DNA of 62,668 bases, the filler included, from Choristocarpus tenellus KU-1152 (lineage: Eukaryota > Protista > Phaeophyceae): the NCBI GenBank assembly GCA_964200185.2. It is 10 parts of 10 records of this genome, joined end to end, with 100 filler letters (N's around TTAATTAATTAA, not from the genome) between each part and the next. Parts side by side here need not be neighbours in the genome. Positions count along the whole stretch, not along the records: positions 1 to 8,267 come from CAXNAD020004916.1; positions 8,368 to 14,810 come from CAXNAD020008132.1; 8 more parts are not named here. One strand, given 5' to 3'. The notes below the pieces were generated by a model that searched no databases, was not told the DNA's origin, and saw nothing but the letters and a program-made list of their open reading frames with translations. This document shows, one piece after another, positions 1 through 12,576 of the stretch. How positions within the stretch are numbered: the stretch's first letter is position 1; every line of letters starts with the position of its first letter. Made by a program: the position numbers and the translations under genes.

Positions 1-48
1 GCCCCCAAATGAACGCGGCTCTACCCTAACCCTAAGATACTTTGACTC
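1..48 (-). mobile_element. MITE family A, partial copy (left TIR end) with TTAGGG-expanded TIR
   Basis: Reverse complement reads GAGTCAAAGTATCTTAGGGTTAGGGTAGAGCCGCGTTCATTTGGGGGC, matching the family left end; cut by the window edge. Confidence 0.85.
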
Positions 49-128
49 TGTCACCATCCTGAAAATGCACTCTGGGTACCTCTCGTGTACTTTGACTCAA
101 TAATAATAATATTATTATTAATAATAAT

Positions 129-391
129 GAGCCAAAGTATCTTAGGGTTAGGGTAGAGCCGCGTCCATTTGGGGGCAAAAATCCAATGTTGCAAGTTGAT
201 GTGATTTTGGCTATCGTGTTTGTTAGGGAATGTCAATATCTATGTTCCAGACACACCTTTTCACAACGCATACATTTTTCCTACTCAGAAAACATTTCAG
301 AGTAGGAAAATGTCATAAAAAAATACTTGGGAAGCCAAGCCCCAAATGGACAAAAAGGGCAAATCTCGTACCCTCTAAGATACTTTCACTC
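129..391 (+). mobile_element. MITE family A (Sola2-like non-autonomous DNA transposon), full copy
   Basis: GAGCCAAAGTATCTTAG...GGGTA / TACCCTCTAAGATACTTTCACTC terminal inverted repeats; internal sequence shared with the other copies in the window. Confidence 0.9.
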
Positions 392-1094
392 AATAATATG
401 GTCAAGGGTAGGGGATACAGTAGCACCAATAACAATAATTTATACAGACTTCTAAAACGATCAAGATGTCAAAATGAACTAAACGCGGGGTGAATCTGCC
501 TCACAACCTCCCCTAACCCCTCAATTATGGCACGGCGACTGATATATTCTACACCTTCTGTCCCATACTTCCGTGTGGGTACATTGAGACATACAGAGAT
601 ATGACTGCAATGACACAAATCCCATACGATGCAAAAGTCTTTTTCTGGTGGGACCAAAATCACCTCGAGATAGACACACTCTCCAGGCAACCTCAGTGTT
701 GCATATAAACTTTCTCCTACCCTCCCCCCCCTTCCTTTTGGCCCATCTCGTGGTCGCCTTGCTTTGCCCTGCACTGGCCCGTGTTGCGCTGGTTCCAACA
801 TGTTCAAAAAAACACATGGATGTAGGGAGACTTCACATTAGAGGCATCTGCATTGGCTGTCGATGCCCTCGGGGCTGCTGGAGTGGGTGGGTCAGGCTTG
901 ACCATCCTCACCGGCAATGAAAGAGGCCTGTTGTTGGAGTGTGTGACGGAGAGACTGAGGTACCAGGAGGGGAGAGAGCTGGTTGGCAATCGTTGTTAAG
1001 GGGTTTATCTTAGCTAGTGTAATATTCCATTGATGTCTTCTTTTTTTTTTAATGACTAGACCCTTTTCAATCTCGTGTGTTTGGATTCCTCTCT

Positions 1095-1218
1095 GAGTGA
1101 AAGTATCTTGGAGGGTACGAGTTTTGCCCTGTTTGTACCAAATCGCCCAAAAATGGTGATATGAGAAAATTGACCCCCAAATGGACAGCCGCCAACCCCC
1201 CCCCAGATACTTCGAGCC
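1095..1218 (-). mobile_element. Chimeric MITE: family A right end joined to a family B end
   Basis: 1095-1136 GAGTGAAAGTATCTTGGAGGGTACGAGTTTTGCCCTGTTTGT is family A; the remainder matches 28445-28522 (family B) and ends CCCCAGATACTTCGAGCC. Confidence 0.7.
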
Positions 1219-3918
1219 TAATTAATTCGAAAAAATTGCCTCTAGTGGTGTTTGTTTGCTTGTTCATCACTTCAAAGTTCCACATAACCCACCCATTCAC
1301 TCTCCTTCCATCAACTTGCATTCCCCACCCTGCAGTTCCCTCATGTTTTCTTTACTTTGTTCTCTCTTGATCACCACCCCTGTGACTATGTCACCCCCCT
1401 CCTACCTCTCTGGCTTCTCCCCGAACCCTGTCCTCATTCTCCCATAGTGTCAGCAGAGGAGTGCTGACTCTGACTTTGGAAAAAGGAACTGCCCAATCCA
1501 CCAAATCATCAGGAGGAGGTAGCAAGAGCGAAGACACTCACGGGGATGCCAGTAAAGCGGAACATCTGCTGCACATGGATACTTGCCATGATCACACAAG
1601 GGCGTCTCATGGCACAGGTCCATACGAGACTAGATTTTCCATCAGTCAAAATATCATTGCAAACCAGGAGAGGACCCTAGAGGGCATTCTGGTGAAGGTA
1701 GGCGCACAAGGCACTGGACATATTTTATGTCAAGACTGGCGAGGTGAAACTAGGAAGAACTTGCTTCAAGGTTGTCTCATCCATTCACCAGATTGACTCC
1801 TCTCTCTCTCCCAAGGGTTCTACTCTCACCTTCAAGCCCCCCAAGCCCCTCTCCTGTATTTGTCCCCATGTCTCAAAGTCTCTACCCTAATCCTTCTTCA
1901 GCTGTTATTACCATACCAACAGGTTTTCCATCTCATTTTCTTTCAATTTTTTGTTCTCTGTTTCAATCTCGTCCTTAGCTGGAAGTGGAATGCTTGAGTG
2001 TGGATCGCCTTACAGTCATCGCAAGTACAATCTCCCCTGAGCCAGAGCGCATCTACACAATCTTTGTTGGGGCTGAGGCAAGCCACTTCCCCCATCAAGC
2101 ATGAAAGGTGGATATGTGGCAAGGGGTGGGTTCAAGGGCGAGGATCATAGAGGTGGAAGAATGATGTTGTGAAGCCAGGCGCTGATGAAAGGTTTTTGGA
2201 ATTGTACCTGTTCCAGAGGGGAATAGGATTTTAAGGGAGCAGTCAACAAACTGAGGGCAAGGAGGTTTTTTCTTCTGCGATAGGTGTGGCAAAAAGTTAT
2301 TTCCATGAGATACATTACTGACTCCTATCACACATGGGGTGACTGTAACCTTGATAAGCTCTCGATCTTCCTCTCTCCCCCCCTTCGACTTTCCTCACTT
2401 CGTTGTAGGGTTGGGAGCCACTGGAATTTCCTAGCCTTTACTGGCTGGATTTAGGACGAACAAGGAATTTGGCTATCCACCTCTTGTCTTTGGTTGAGGC
2501 CAGAGATGGCTCGCCTGTGCTGGTCATTGCTGGGAGGGAATTTCGACCTGAAGGCTTCATACCGGTGCCTTTTCTACCTCTGCACTCACTCAAAGCTACT
2601 CACCACAGGTCATCAATGAACTCCACCTTCGCAAGTCACGACCTTTATGAGCGTTAACTCTCCCATCCCCTCCTCTGTCCTCTTCCCACAGATGATTTCA
2701 GGTGAGGAGGACAGTCCCCATCATGGCAACCAACTAGGGCAAAACAAGTGTACAGACAGAGACGGGTTTGAAAGTAGGGGAAAAGACAGGAGTGGAAATG
2801 GAGGTAACAGATGTGGAATGGGTTGGCAAGCAAGTTCGGGTGTAGAGAGTGAACGGAAATTGGAAATCCGTCCTGGTTGCATGCCCATGTCAGTGAAGGG
2901 TCTGTGCAGATGTAAGGTTTTGTTCAAATCCGTAGTTGCACTTCCTGGCTCGATGGATGATCCCACTGACTGGCATAGCAGCGGCCTTCTCCTTAAAGAG
3001 GGAGGCGGTGAAGGAGAGGGGTTTGAAAGAGACAACGGTATCAGGAAGAGGGAAAAGAGAAGGAGGTGGCTAGTGGTGGTCCATGCCAATGGTGGTTTGC
3101 TGACCCTCTCGTTCTTTACACCAACAAGGCTCTATAAGGAGGATTGCAAGATTCTTGAAGGTGGAAATAGGAGCAGAATCGAGGGCATAGGGGGACGGAG
3201 ATATCAGCTGCCGCTGGTTTCCGCAAGGTGGAGTGATTGGGTGCAACTAGGGTATGGACCCCTCCAGTGGTTGTCACATGCACAAAAGAAGCGACTCGCA
3301 GAGTTGACTGTTACCTGGGCTGCAATACGGTCGGAGCACCACTGCAACAACAAGAGCAGTAGTAACATGAGTGGAAGAGGAGAGGGAAGCAGGCAAGTGG
3401 AAGGAGAAACAGTTGTACTATGGTGCCGATCAGTGGTCACATCTGTGGTTCGGGCTGTGCGTGGACTGGGGGACGCACATTTCAACACTAGTATGGGGGA
3501 TGAGAAGAACGATGAAAAGGGAATGGGAAAGCAATTTGGGAGGGTAGGAGGTGGGAGTAGATGTGAAATGACAGATTTGACAGTTGGAACATCCTGGGGA
3601 GTGGCTTGTGTAGAAGTGAGAGATGAGGGTCACTGCTTCAGAATTGCAGTGTCAAACAGAAAATCCGAGGAGGGAGGACTGCAGGAGCTGGAGTCGATGA
3701 TTGGGGAGGAGAGCTGGGGGTCAACAGGCAGTCGTGAGTTGTTATGGTTGAGCACTCAAAGGAGAAAGTACCTGGCTTACCGGCTATCACATCAGGTATG
3801 TGTGGTTTAAGAGGAAATGGCGACTTTTGTAGCACACGAGGGAAGGGTAGTTCTTCTCTATAGATCTATACTTTGATAAAGACGAATTGAATTTGGAAAT
3901 GTGATCAATGGTCCTGTT

Positions 3919-4176
3919 GAGTGAAAGTATCTTAGAGGGTACGAGTTTTTCCCTGTTTATCCATTTGGAACTTGACTTCCCATGGATTTTTTCATGACAT
4001 TTTCCTACTCCAAAATGTTTTGGAGTAGGTAAAATGTACACATTATGAAATGGTGTGTCTGGAACAAGGATACTGACACTTCTTAAAAACAAAATAGCCA
4101 AAGTTACATCAGAATCGGAACATTGGATTTTGGTCCCCAAATGGACGCAGTCCTACCCTCTAAGATACCTTGGCTC
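3919..4176 (-). mobile_element. MITE family A, full copy with TGTT target-site duplication
   Basis: tgtt|GAGTGAAAGTATCTTAGAGGGTAC...TACCCTCTAAGATACCTTGGCTC|tgtt. Confidence 0.92.
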
Positions 4177-4199
4177 TGTTGTTGTCTTAAATCTATCTT

Positions 4200-5200
4200 G
4201 TGAGTACAGTCCCTAGAGCTCTACATCCCATGCAGCATATAGACAGAGAGGCCAAACAAAGAGCCTTACAAACATGAAGAGGTGGGGGGATAATGCAGGG
4301 CAGCCAATCGATTTTTGTTTGACATAGTGCAGTATAGGACGCAGGCTATTCTGTTAGAGCAAATGCTGCTTTGTACCATGTACTCTATCCCCTCAAACTT
4401 AGCTAGACTAAATAGTGTTAGTTACTTCGAGGGATATTTTGATCTTTGTAGCATGAATATCAAAACCTTTGCGGTGAAAAGTCTTGGGTACCAACCTATT
4501 GCAGGTATTTGCTGGAAATTGTATGTTTAGCCCTCAAGCTCTTTATATCTTCATATTTTCCCTCTCCCTCCTTTATCGGGAGACCAGGTAGCAGTTGAGA
4601 GTGGCGCCCTTGTTGTAGTACAGAGCCCCGTACACTTCTGGTATGGGACAGTTACAGTGCCACGACTAGGTGATCCGTTCAGCAGCGTTCACTTATCAGT
4701 GCTTGACGTGGGACAAGAAGGTGTACTGATAGAGGCTTGCAATGGCAATGGTTGTATTGTGGCATCTGCCACGGTCCCACTGAAGGTCTGGATAGGTGAG
4801 CAGGCTGAGGTCAGAGGTTGGACCCCCAGAGATATCGAGATGAGATGCCATTCTTAAGTGGGTAAGGTTGATGTCATCCTGGAAGAAACACTCTCCTTCC
4901 ACTATAGTGGATGCCATGCAGGGTTAGAAAACCACCATAGTATTGATTGAAGTGATGCTGTTTGGCGTGGGAAGGCTGGAGGGTAGGGGTGGTTGGTTGG
5001 AGAGTACACATCACTTAAAAATCGGGACAAGAAGTCTCTCTGACTCAGGGGTGGTGGGAGTGCCTGTGAAAATTCTTGTGGACATGAGTTGGGGGGAGAG
5101 GTGTTAGAAGGGCTGTAATGATAAATTAGGTGAAGGGTATGTGTGCGAAGTCTCTGCCAAAATCTGGGGGATAGATGGGATGATAATGCACTGGCATTTC
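4200..5200 (-). pseudogene. Possible highly degraded non-LTR (LINE) reverse transcriptase remnant
   Basis: Only short minus-strand motif-like fragments (LLVPIFK, FFQDDINL, RLFVWPLCLYAAW) amid many stops; not a confident match. Confidence 0.3.
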
Positions 5201-7742
5201 AGCGAAACTTGTTAGGGATTATGAAGTGCTGTTTAACCTTGACAGTCCAATCTCTTACTTCACGTGGTGAGGAAAGGGGAAGAAGTGTGGACTAAGCTTG
5301 CCCCTAAGAAGGATCTGCCCGTACCAAGCTGCTCAGGCTTGACCTGCTCAGTCTGGTGTCAAGCTCCAAGTGACCGAGTGGGTGACATGTGAACCGCATC
5401 GAAGAGAAAGTTAAATGAACTGATTATTAACTATGCTCCGAGTATAATGCACTGCTAAGGGTGTATCCTTGAATATTCTCAAAGTATTAGCCGTATCTGA
5501 TAGATTAGGAAAACACATCGAACATATCTACTGTCTCTGGCACCTAACATGAATAAAATATTATTTGCAATGTGGGTTGCTTGACTTGCTCTGACTGCTT
5601 TGCTGTCTACCTAAACATAATAGTGGTTCAAACTGGTAATATGCAGTTGTTTTTCTGACCTCCTCACCCACTCCTTCTCCAGAGCTCTTCTAGAATACAA
5701 GGACTTCATGCCCCATTCCTCCATTCTTGCCTTGTCCTTCAGCCCTTACTTGTCATGTACACGTTTCACTGCTCTGGCCCACTTTGCCCCAATGCTCCAA
5801 TTGCAACTGTTGTAATCCACTCCTTCCAAAGAAGCTCCTACCTACCCCTGTTCACCTTCCCAATCCTAGATCTCTACCTGGCTGTTGCTCAGTTCTTCAC
5901 AGTGGGCCAACCCTAGCCTTTGTCGTGGTTCCAAGTTCCTATTCACCCCACAACCCTCATCTCTGCCCCTTGCACATACCTCAGACACAATGAAAACTCC
6001 TTTGTGTGGGAAAGCACCGGCTGGGCGAGCTTTCCATTCCCGCCTTGAGAATGAGGTAGCAGGGTTGCTAGGTGCAGGTTGTAGGAGCCTATCCTCTGGA
6101 TTTGTTGCCAAGAGGCTAGCAGAGGCGATCAATATGGACAGGAAATCATCCCCTTTAAGGGAATCAGGCAGCGATAATGAGGAGGTCAGCGAGGATACAA
6201 AGTACAAGGACAAGGTGTGGTCTCTGAAAGGGAGAGAAGATAGAGACTGAGAGGGTGCCGTTGAGTGTGTACTTGTAGGCAGGGGATGGACATAATCGTG
6301 TTTGGAAGGTAAAGAATGGACATCAATGTAAGTATTGTAATGGTCAGGATGGATGATGCACCAGGGTTGTGGTCGACGTTCAGGAGTGGAGATTGATTGA
6401 AAGGGTGCCCTGCACGAACAACTACAAGTCAGGAGTGGTGAGAGGAAGGGAAGAAGAAGAGTGTGAGGCGATGTTTGTGAACGTGTATATTCTCTGTTAG
6501 TAATTGAGTAATGATCTGAGAGAAAACCAGGAGCCTCAAGTAGTGTAGTGACTGGTAAGCAGGAGAGGAAATGGCTGGATGCCTCTCTTACCTTGACAAG
6601 AAATATCAGTACCTTCCTTTTGCCCTGCATATTACACTAGTACCATCAGAGTGTTTGGATCTGTAGCGTTAATCTACTCAGGATAAAATTATTTTTGCCT
6701 TCCTCTTGGAATTGTCCCAGTACGGTTATCTTACATAATGTCCTTGCCACCACCACACACACACACAGGGCACCTAACCACGAATGTCCCCATGAATAAA
6801 AATGCCTCCACACAATTTACAGTCGATATCATATATGAAAGAAGGTGGGGATCAAGGACCAATGGGCTCAAGGATGTCCCGCTCATCCCTGAACTCTGAT
6901 CAGAAGAGAGAACTGAGGCTAGCTATGCTGATGCGAATGATTGACAACTTTTTTTCTCGACATGGACACTCAGAGGGGAAACAGGACGAAACTACTGCCG
7001 CCATTTCCACTACTCTCATAGCCGCCACCATTCCTAAAGCTTTGCCTGAGGCACCAGGCATACTGCTGCCATTGCACACCTCAGAAACAGGAGGAAGTAG
7101 GAAATCTCTTCCTACCACCGTAGACTGCTGCGACAGGGCCATGGCCCCTGCCCATGAGCAAGAGGGATCTGACAAGGGCAGAAGCGGGTTGAATAGAAAT
7201 CACCTCCTTACTGAGCTGCGACCTTCTGTCACAGGGGAAGGGATTACCTCAATCATGGGAGACACAGCTGATCCTCATGGCACGACTAGGGAAGGGCAAG
7301 GTCAAGGACAGGGCACCAGGAAGAACATATCGGCTGATGCTGTAGGTGATCCAGGTGATACGCGTGGTCATAGAGGAGGGCAAACTTGTCTGGTGACTAT
7401 ATGCCAATGTTGTGGTAATGAGGGCGGCTTAGGTCATGGAAAGGTTTGTCTACACCGCCTGGGAAAGTGTGGCCCATGCCGCATAGGAGCTGTGGGGCGC
7501 CTTCTGGGCATTTTGCAAGACAAGACTGACAAGGAGAAGTTGCAGGCACCCACCTCCGATCCAGTGAGTCTATTAGAGGAGATTTTAGGAGGACTAGCTG
7601 TTTGAAGCTCATTGCCCTGTGCAGGGTGGGGATAAGTTATTCATTGGGTAGATAGGTGGTGTGGGTTTCTCATTGTGGTTGATAGCAGTGGACAACATTG
7701 ATCAGAGTGAGACAAGTGGTACTCAACTTAACCTGCAATGTA

Positions 7743-7999
7743 GAGTCAAAGGATCTTAGAGGGTAGAGCTATGTCGGTTTGGGGACCAAAATCTAATGCT
7801 GCGATTTTGGTGTAGCTTTGGCTATTGTATTCGTTAGGAAGTGTGGATACGCTTGTTCCGGGCACTCCTTTTCATAACGTGTACATTTTATCTACTCCGA
7901 AACGTTTCGGAATAGGAAAATGCCATAAAAACCTGCGGGAAGTCAAGCCCCAAATGGACAAACAAGGCAAAACTCATACACTCTAAGTTACTTTCACTC
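7743..7999 (+). mobile_element. MITE family A, diverged full copy
   Basis: GAGTCAAAGGATCTTAGAGGGTAG...CTCTAAGTTACTTTCACTC; no clean TSD. Confidence 0.88.
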
Positions 8000-8034
8000 C
8001 TAATGCAGGCAAGTGTGTGCTAAATATGATGTAC

Positions 8035-8267
8035 AAGCCAAAGTATCTTAGAGGCTAGGGGCGCGTCCATTTGGGGGCCAAAATCCAATGTTGCGATTTC
8101 GATATAATTTTGGCTATCGTGTTTGTTAGGAAGTTTTAATATCCATGTTCCAGACACACCTTTTCATAATGTATACATTTTACCTACTCCGAAAAATTTT
8201 GGAGTAGGAAAATGTCATAAAAAAAAACATGGGAAGCCAAGCCCCAAATGGACAAACAGGGCAAAAC
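8035..8267 (+). mobile_element. MITE family A, copy truncated by contig end
   Basis: AAGCCAAAGTATCTTAGAGG... runs through GCCCCAAATGGACAAACAGGGCAAAAC into the N gap. Confidence 0.88.
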
Positions 8268-8367
8268 NNNNNNNNNNNNNNNNNNNNNNNNNNNNNNNNN
8301 NNNNNNNNNNNTTAATTAATTAANNNNNNNNNNNNNNNNNNNNNNNNNNNNNNNNNNNNNNNNNNNN
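8268..8367. other. Artificial 100-nt contig linker N44-TTAATTAATTAA-N44 (also at 14811-14910, 21024-21123, 25515-25614, 28269-28368, 35995-36094, 44204-44303, 51581-51680, 59016-59115)
   Basis: Identical N-flanked six-frame-stop 12-mer occurs nine times. Confidence 0.97.
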
Positions 8368-8404
8368 AAAAAAAAGGGGGGGGGGAGTCCTTTTTTTTTT
8401 TGGT

Positions 8405-8450
<46 letters not shown>

Positions 8451-10056
8451 GAGGATTTATTTCTCGTCCGTTACATTCGGTATTCATGTTTCAGTATTTA
8501 GGATGTGGGGCAGGGGGGGTTAGGGTCAGGGTTAGAAGTCGCTCATGGTTCAGTTGAAACAGTAGAGTGTTTTTATTATCAACTGCACTCGGCATAGTGA
8601 ATTTTTGTGATAGATTGGTGATGTTTTTGTGCCCAGGTCAAGGTGGCGTATCATCAGAAACCTTTGATTGAACCCATAAAAAAAATAGTGACACTTGTTT
8701 TTTGTTTTTTGGACTTTTTTTTTGTTATTTTTGTTTCTCTCTGGTTGTTATGTATTGGAAAATATCTCTGTATTATGGTGGAGTTTGTCAAATCATTGAA
8801 AAAAAATAAAGTTTTGAGTATATGTCGGAGAAAAATGGGAGAAAGTGGTGCTGTGGATGTGATTTGTTGGAAGGATGCTTTGTTGAGGCTTTCGTTAAAA
8901 ATGTTCTGCTAGATCACAAATTTCCGTTTTGAGGTTGTCTTTCGAAAATCTTATTATTAATTGTATTGAAGTAAGTCTAACAAGATACCTTTTTTCAATT
9001 CTTGGGGACACATCTTATTCCATAGAAAATGTGGTGCAAAGCTTTCGCCCTGAAAGACAGCTCTGGGCCGCTCTGGGTTGCTTTCTAGTGACCTGCACCA
9101 ACATTTTGTGTACTAGAGGTTCAGGCATGGAATCCCTGTGATTTGATCTGTGTGTCCTTGTAGCTGTAAGGTAGGCGTTATGATGTTGTCAATCAGCCCC
9201 TGTTGGGTGCATTGATTTGTTCTTGGAGATTGATGGTATTCACATTGAATTAAGAACCAAAATAAATATTGTCAGGCGTCTTGAGTTGGTTCTAACCGGT
9301 ATGATGCCATTTTTGGATATATTCCCTTCACAACTATTGCCCCAAATGTCTAATTTTTCAACTCTGAAGTCTTGGACCAGATTTGGAATCCTCTCATTGA
9401 GGGAGTCATTGTGGTCCTTGGTTCATGTTCTAGGCTGTAATAGTCTGCCTGTTAGTGGAAGTTGGTTATTGTCTCGCTTGCGCTCAATAGGGAATAATGC
9501 TCCTGGTTGCAACCTTGTCAAATGAAAGTTACAGAAGAAGAGTCAGTTGATATCTGGCGGTTAGTTTTGACCTTTTAGAAGTCTTGCTATTGTTATTATT
9601 ATCATTATTATGAGGGGGAGGGGGAGGGGAAGGGGAGGAAGTTTGTGTATCCAGAAGGGGAAATTTTCTATTTTGTATGTAATTCGATATAAAAAGTGAT
9701 GCCAAATATGAAATTAAACGTTGTATCCTTAACAATACTCTCTAATAGAGGTGCAAATCGTCCCTTGAGGTTCAACTACGAATTACAATGATCCATAACT
9801 CATCCCATCTGTTAACAAACCCCAACGCCCATTTAAAAAGAAATGCCTCTATATTTTTCAAGTTGTGAAGGTTGCATAGATTGGCACGTCTGGGAGGGGA
9901 GGGACCCAAACTGTTTGTGTTGTGTGTGGATGTGTGCAGGATGTATAGATTGAGGTTTGAGGTTTGGTGCGGGGATTGAGAGTGTATGGTCTTGGCTGGA
10001 TTGGTGTGGTCTTGACAAGTGAAGGAGAGAGGCTGAATGGCAGTGGTGTTTGAGTC

Positions 10057-10162
10057 GATTGGTTGATTTGATTGGTTGATTTGATTGATTGATTTGATTG
10101 GTTGATTGATTTGATTGGTTGATTTGATTGGTTGATTTGATTGATTGATTTGATTGGTTGAT
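10057..10162. repeat. Low-complexity (GATTG/GTTGATT) microsatellite
   Basis: gattggttgatttgattggttgatttgattgatt... Confidence 0.85.
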
Positions 10163-10409
10163 TATTGTCCTTTAGTTTGGTGCATGGTAGTGATGCAACA
10201 GTGATGGTGACGGGTGCGTTTTGGAGATTGTGCTGATGGGTGAAGAAGTAACTAGGAATGTGCTTGCACCGGTGTTCAAAAGGAAGACAGTACAAAGATT
10301 GAGATGCAACACAAAGATTGAGATGCAAACACCGCCATGTTGACAGTCCCTGTGGTTGTTCTCTGCTTTCTATCTGTGCATCCCTGCTGGTAGATGTTTT
10401 GCAATTTGG

Positions 10410-10460
10410 GCATCCTTTATTGCATCCTTCATTGCATCCTTCATTGCATCCTTCATTGCA
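10410..10460. repeat. 12-bp tandem repeat (GCATCCTTCATT) x~4
   Basis: Direct reading; produces the spurious CNEG repeat in ORF 9858..10481. Confidence 0.85.
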
Positions 10461-11707
10461 TGTGCAATAATATCTCCGCACACAAAGGCAATTCTTTATT
10501 ATATGTAGGATACATTAGAATGTACAAGCACTTATGTGTTAGAGCCGGTGCAAGATAGACGAAAGTTCTTTGTCAAGGCAAGGGTTAGGGTTAGTGCAGT
10601 AGGGAGAGCCGGTTCAGAGCGTGGACCCACACAGGCGTGACATGTCCACCAGATGCACGATATCGTGTAGAGTTGCCAAGGGTGATGAACTTTAGAGCTG
10701 ATTAGAGCCAGCCCAATCAATTCGTGGGGTGCTGCACTATATGTTTCAAGATATCCATATTCTTTTTGTCGGGTGGTGTGAGCAGACATGCCAGAGGGAG
10801 AGGTGTTCTGTAGCTGGTTTCTGTTGTGTGGGTACACAGGGGGAAAGGTGGTGAGTAGACGCGCGATACAGATGAGAGCTGTCAGCTATTGTAGAGTTGA
10901 TTGGGACTGACCCAATGTGGGGGTGTTGCAATATTTTTTGAAGTTTTTTTTTTTCAGAGTTTTTCCAAGGATTTTTGAAGAGATTACAGTATTTTTTGTA
11001 AGAGTCAGTGGTTTGTGTGTGAGCAGACGCTCAATAACGAGAGCCGGTACTGGTAACGTACAGATGTACAGACAGATGGATGGATGGATGGATGGATGGT
11101 CTACACTTTATACTTGAATTATATTACTGTTACAACATACGGTATGTAAGAGAGTGTGGATTAGAACATGTTCTTTTTTTTGTGAATGATGGCGAAGGGC
11201 TACTTCTCGGAACAACAAAACAAACTTGATTATTTTAATTTTTTTGTAGACCAGTGCAATCAAATTAGGTACACCTTATTGGAGCATCTTTCATGCCTTA
11301 AATTTATTTATTTATTTTGTCGATGGCCGTTTGATTTTGCATGTGATAATGAGATACAGTACTGATATTTTTTTTTACAATAACTGTAATGATCGTAACA
11401 ATATCCTTTGATGTTTGCAGGTTTTTCATGAATTTTTTTGTTTGTGGAGTATCTGGTGTGTCTTGATTAGCGAGAAAAAAATCTTTTGTACCAGTGATTT
11501 TACTATATCTGGAGTGGTGCAAGAGGGGAAGCAGACAATAGTGTGTATGCCTTTTTGTCTGGAATGTTTTTTTTATTGAATAAAAGACAGCACATTTTTT
11601 TGTCACCTCTTTTTTTTTTAACCTTTCTTGTGTATTTATTTTATTATTGTTTTGTATTGAATTTTTAAAATTGATACACTACTCTTTTTTATTTCTTTGT
11701 ATGGTAG

Positions 11708-11860
11708 TTGAAAGATGCCCTGGGGGAGGCTCGTTTGCTGTTGTCAGGAATGGAGGATGTACAGCAGCGGTTCAGGATTCACCTTGTGGGGGAGGTGGGC
11801 TCAGGGAAGAGCACATTATTGAGGGCTCTGAGCCGCTCATACTTCTCTACCTTTTTCCAG
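11708..11860 (+). CDS. ROCO-family protein, Roc GTPase P-loop exon
   Basis: ag|...|gt exon of 51 codons: LKDALGEARLLLSGMEDVQQRFRIHLVGEVGSGKSTLLRALSRSYFSTFFQ (GxxxxGKS/T motif); phase 0 joins the exon at 14491. Confidence 0.8.
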
Positions 11861-12576
11861 GTATACATACATACATAAATCATAAATAGAGGAGATATTG
11901 TTCTTTTTTACTGTATTCTTGTGTGTGCATAGTTTGATCATGTTAGGAGAGTGTTCCCAATATTTGTGTTAATGGTTCTAATGCAATTGAACTGCGTATT
12001 TTTTTTTTTTAAGTACATGATCTCTTCTAGTTTTAGTAGTATTAGTAATAGTACTAGTAATTGTAATGGTATTGGTATTATAAATAGTAATATAAATGGT
12101 ACTATAAGTAGTATTATAAATAATTATAAATAGTAATGCAGGAATACGGTAACAATAAAAAATGCAAGCGCTCTACTAATTATGGTCTATTGGGCAGGCG
12201 TTATCATGTCAAGATTCCAAGATGACAAGAGTGAGGTGATGCCATGTTTCCTTATGGTGTAGATTAGACTGTTATGGAAGGGGGGGGGGTGCATGTCCTT
12301 CTTGTTACCAAATATTTGAATGTAATAGGTTTGTTCTCAATGCTTAGATTCTCTAGATTTTTTGACCTATTGTAAAGAGTACATCTATGCTTGAAAATAT
12401 CTTCTACCCCTTACCCTTATCTCCAGCATTGCTATTTTTATCCTCCTGACAACTTTCTTGATCTTGATTCCCCCCNNNNNNNNNNCTGACTACTTTTTTG
12501 GTCTTGTTTCCCCCCCCCCCCCCCTTCCCCTGCTTCTAGCTTGGCCTTACTAATACCCTTCTTTTTCGTTTATTAA

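Noticed and set aside
2647-3810. 387-aa plus-strand ORF as a real gene
   Set aside because: No domain motifs; G/E/R-rich composition expected from the antisense strand of C-rich decayed repeat DNA
5866-7605. ORFs 5866..6630 and 6802..7605 as genes
   Set aside because: No recognisable motifs or splice structure; they lie in degenerate repeat-like sequence
8312-8323. Recurrent TTAATTAATTAA palindrome as a biological site
   Set aside because: Always centred in a 100-nt N block; it is a six-frame-stop assembly linker
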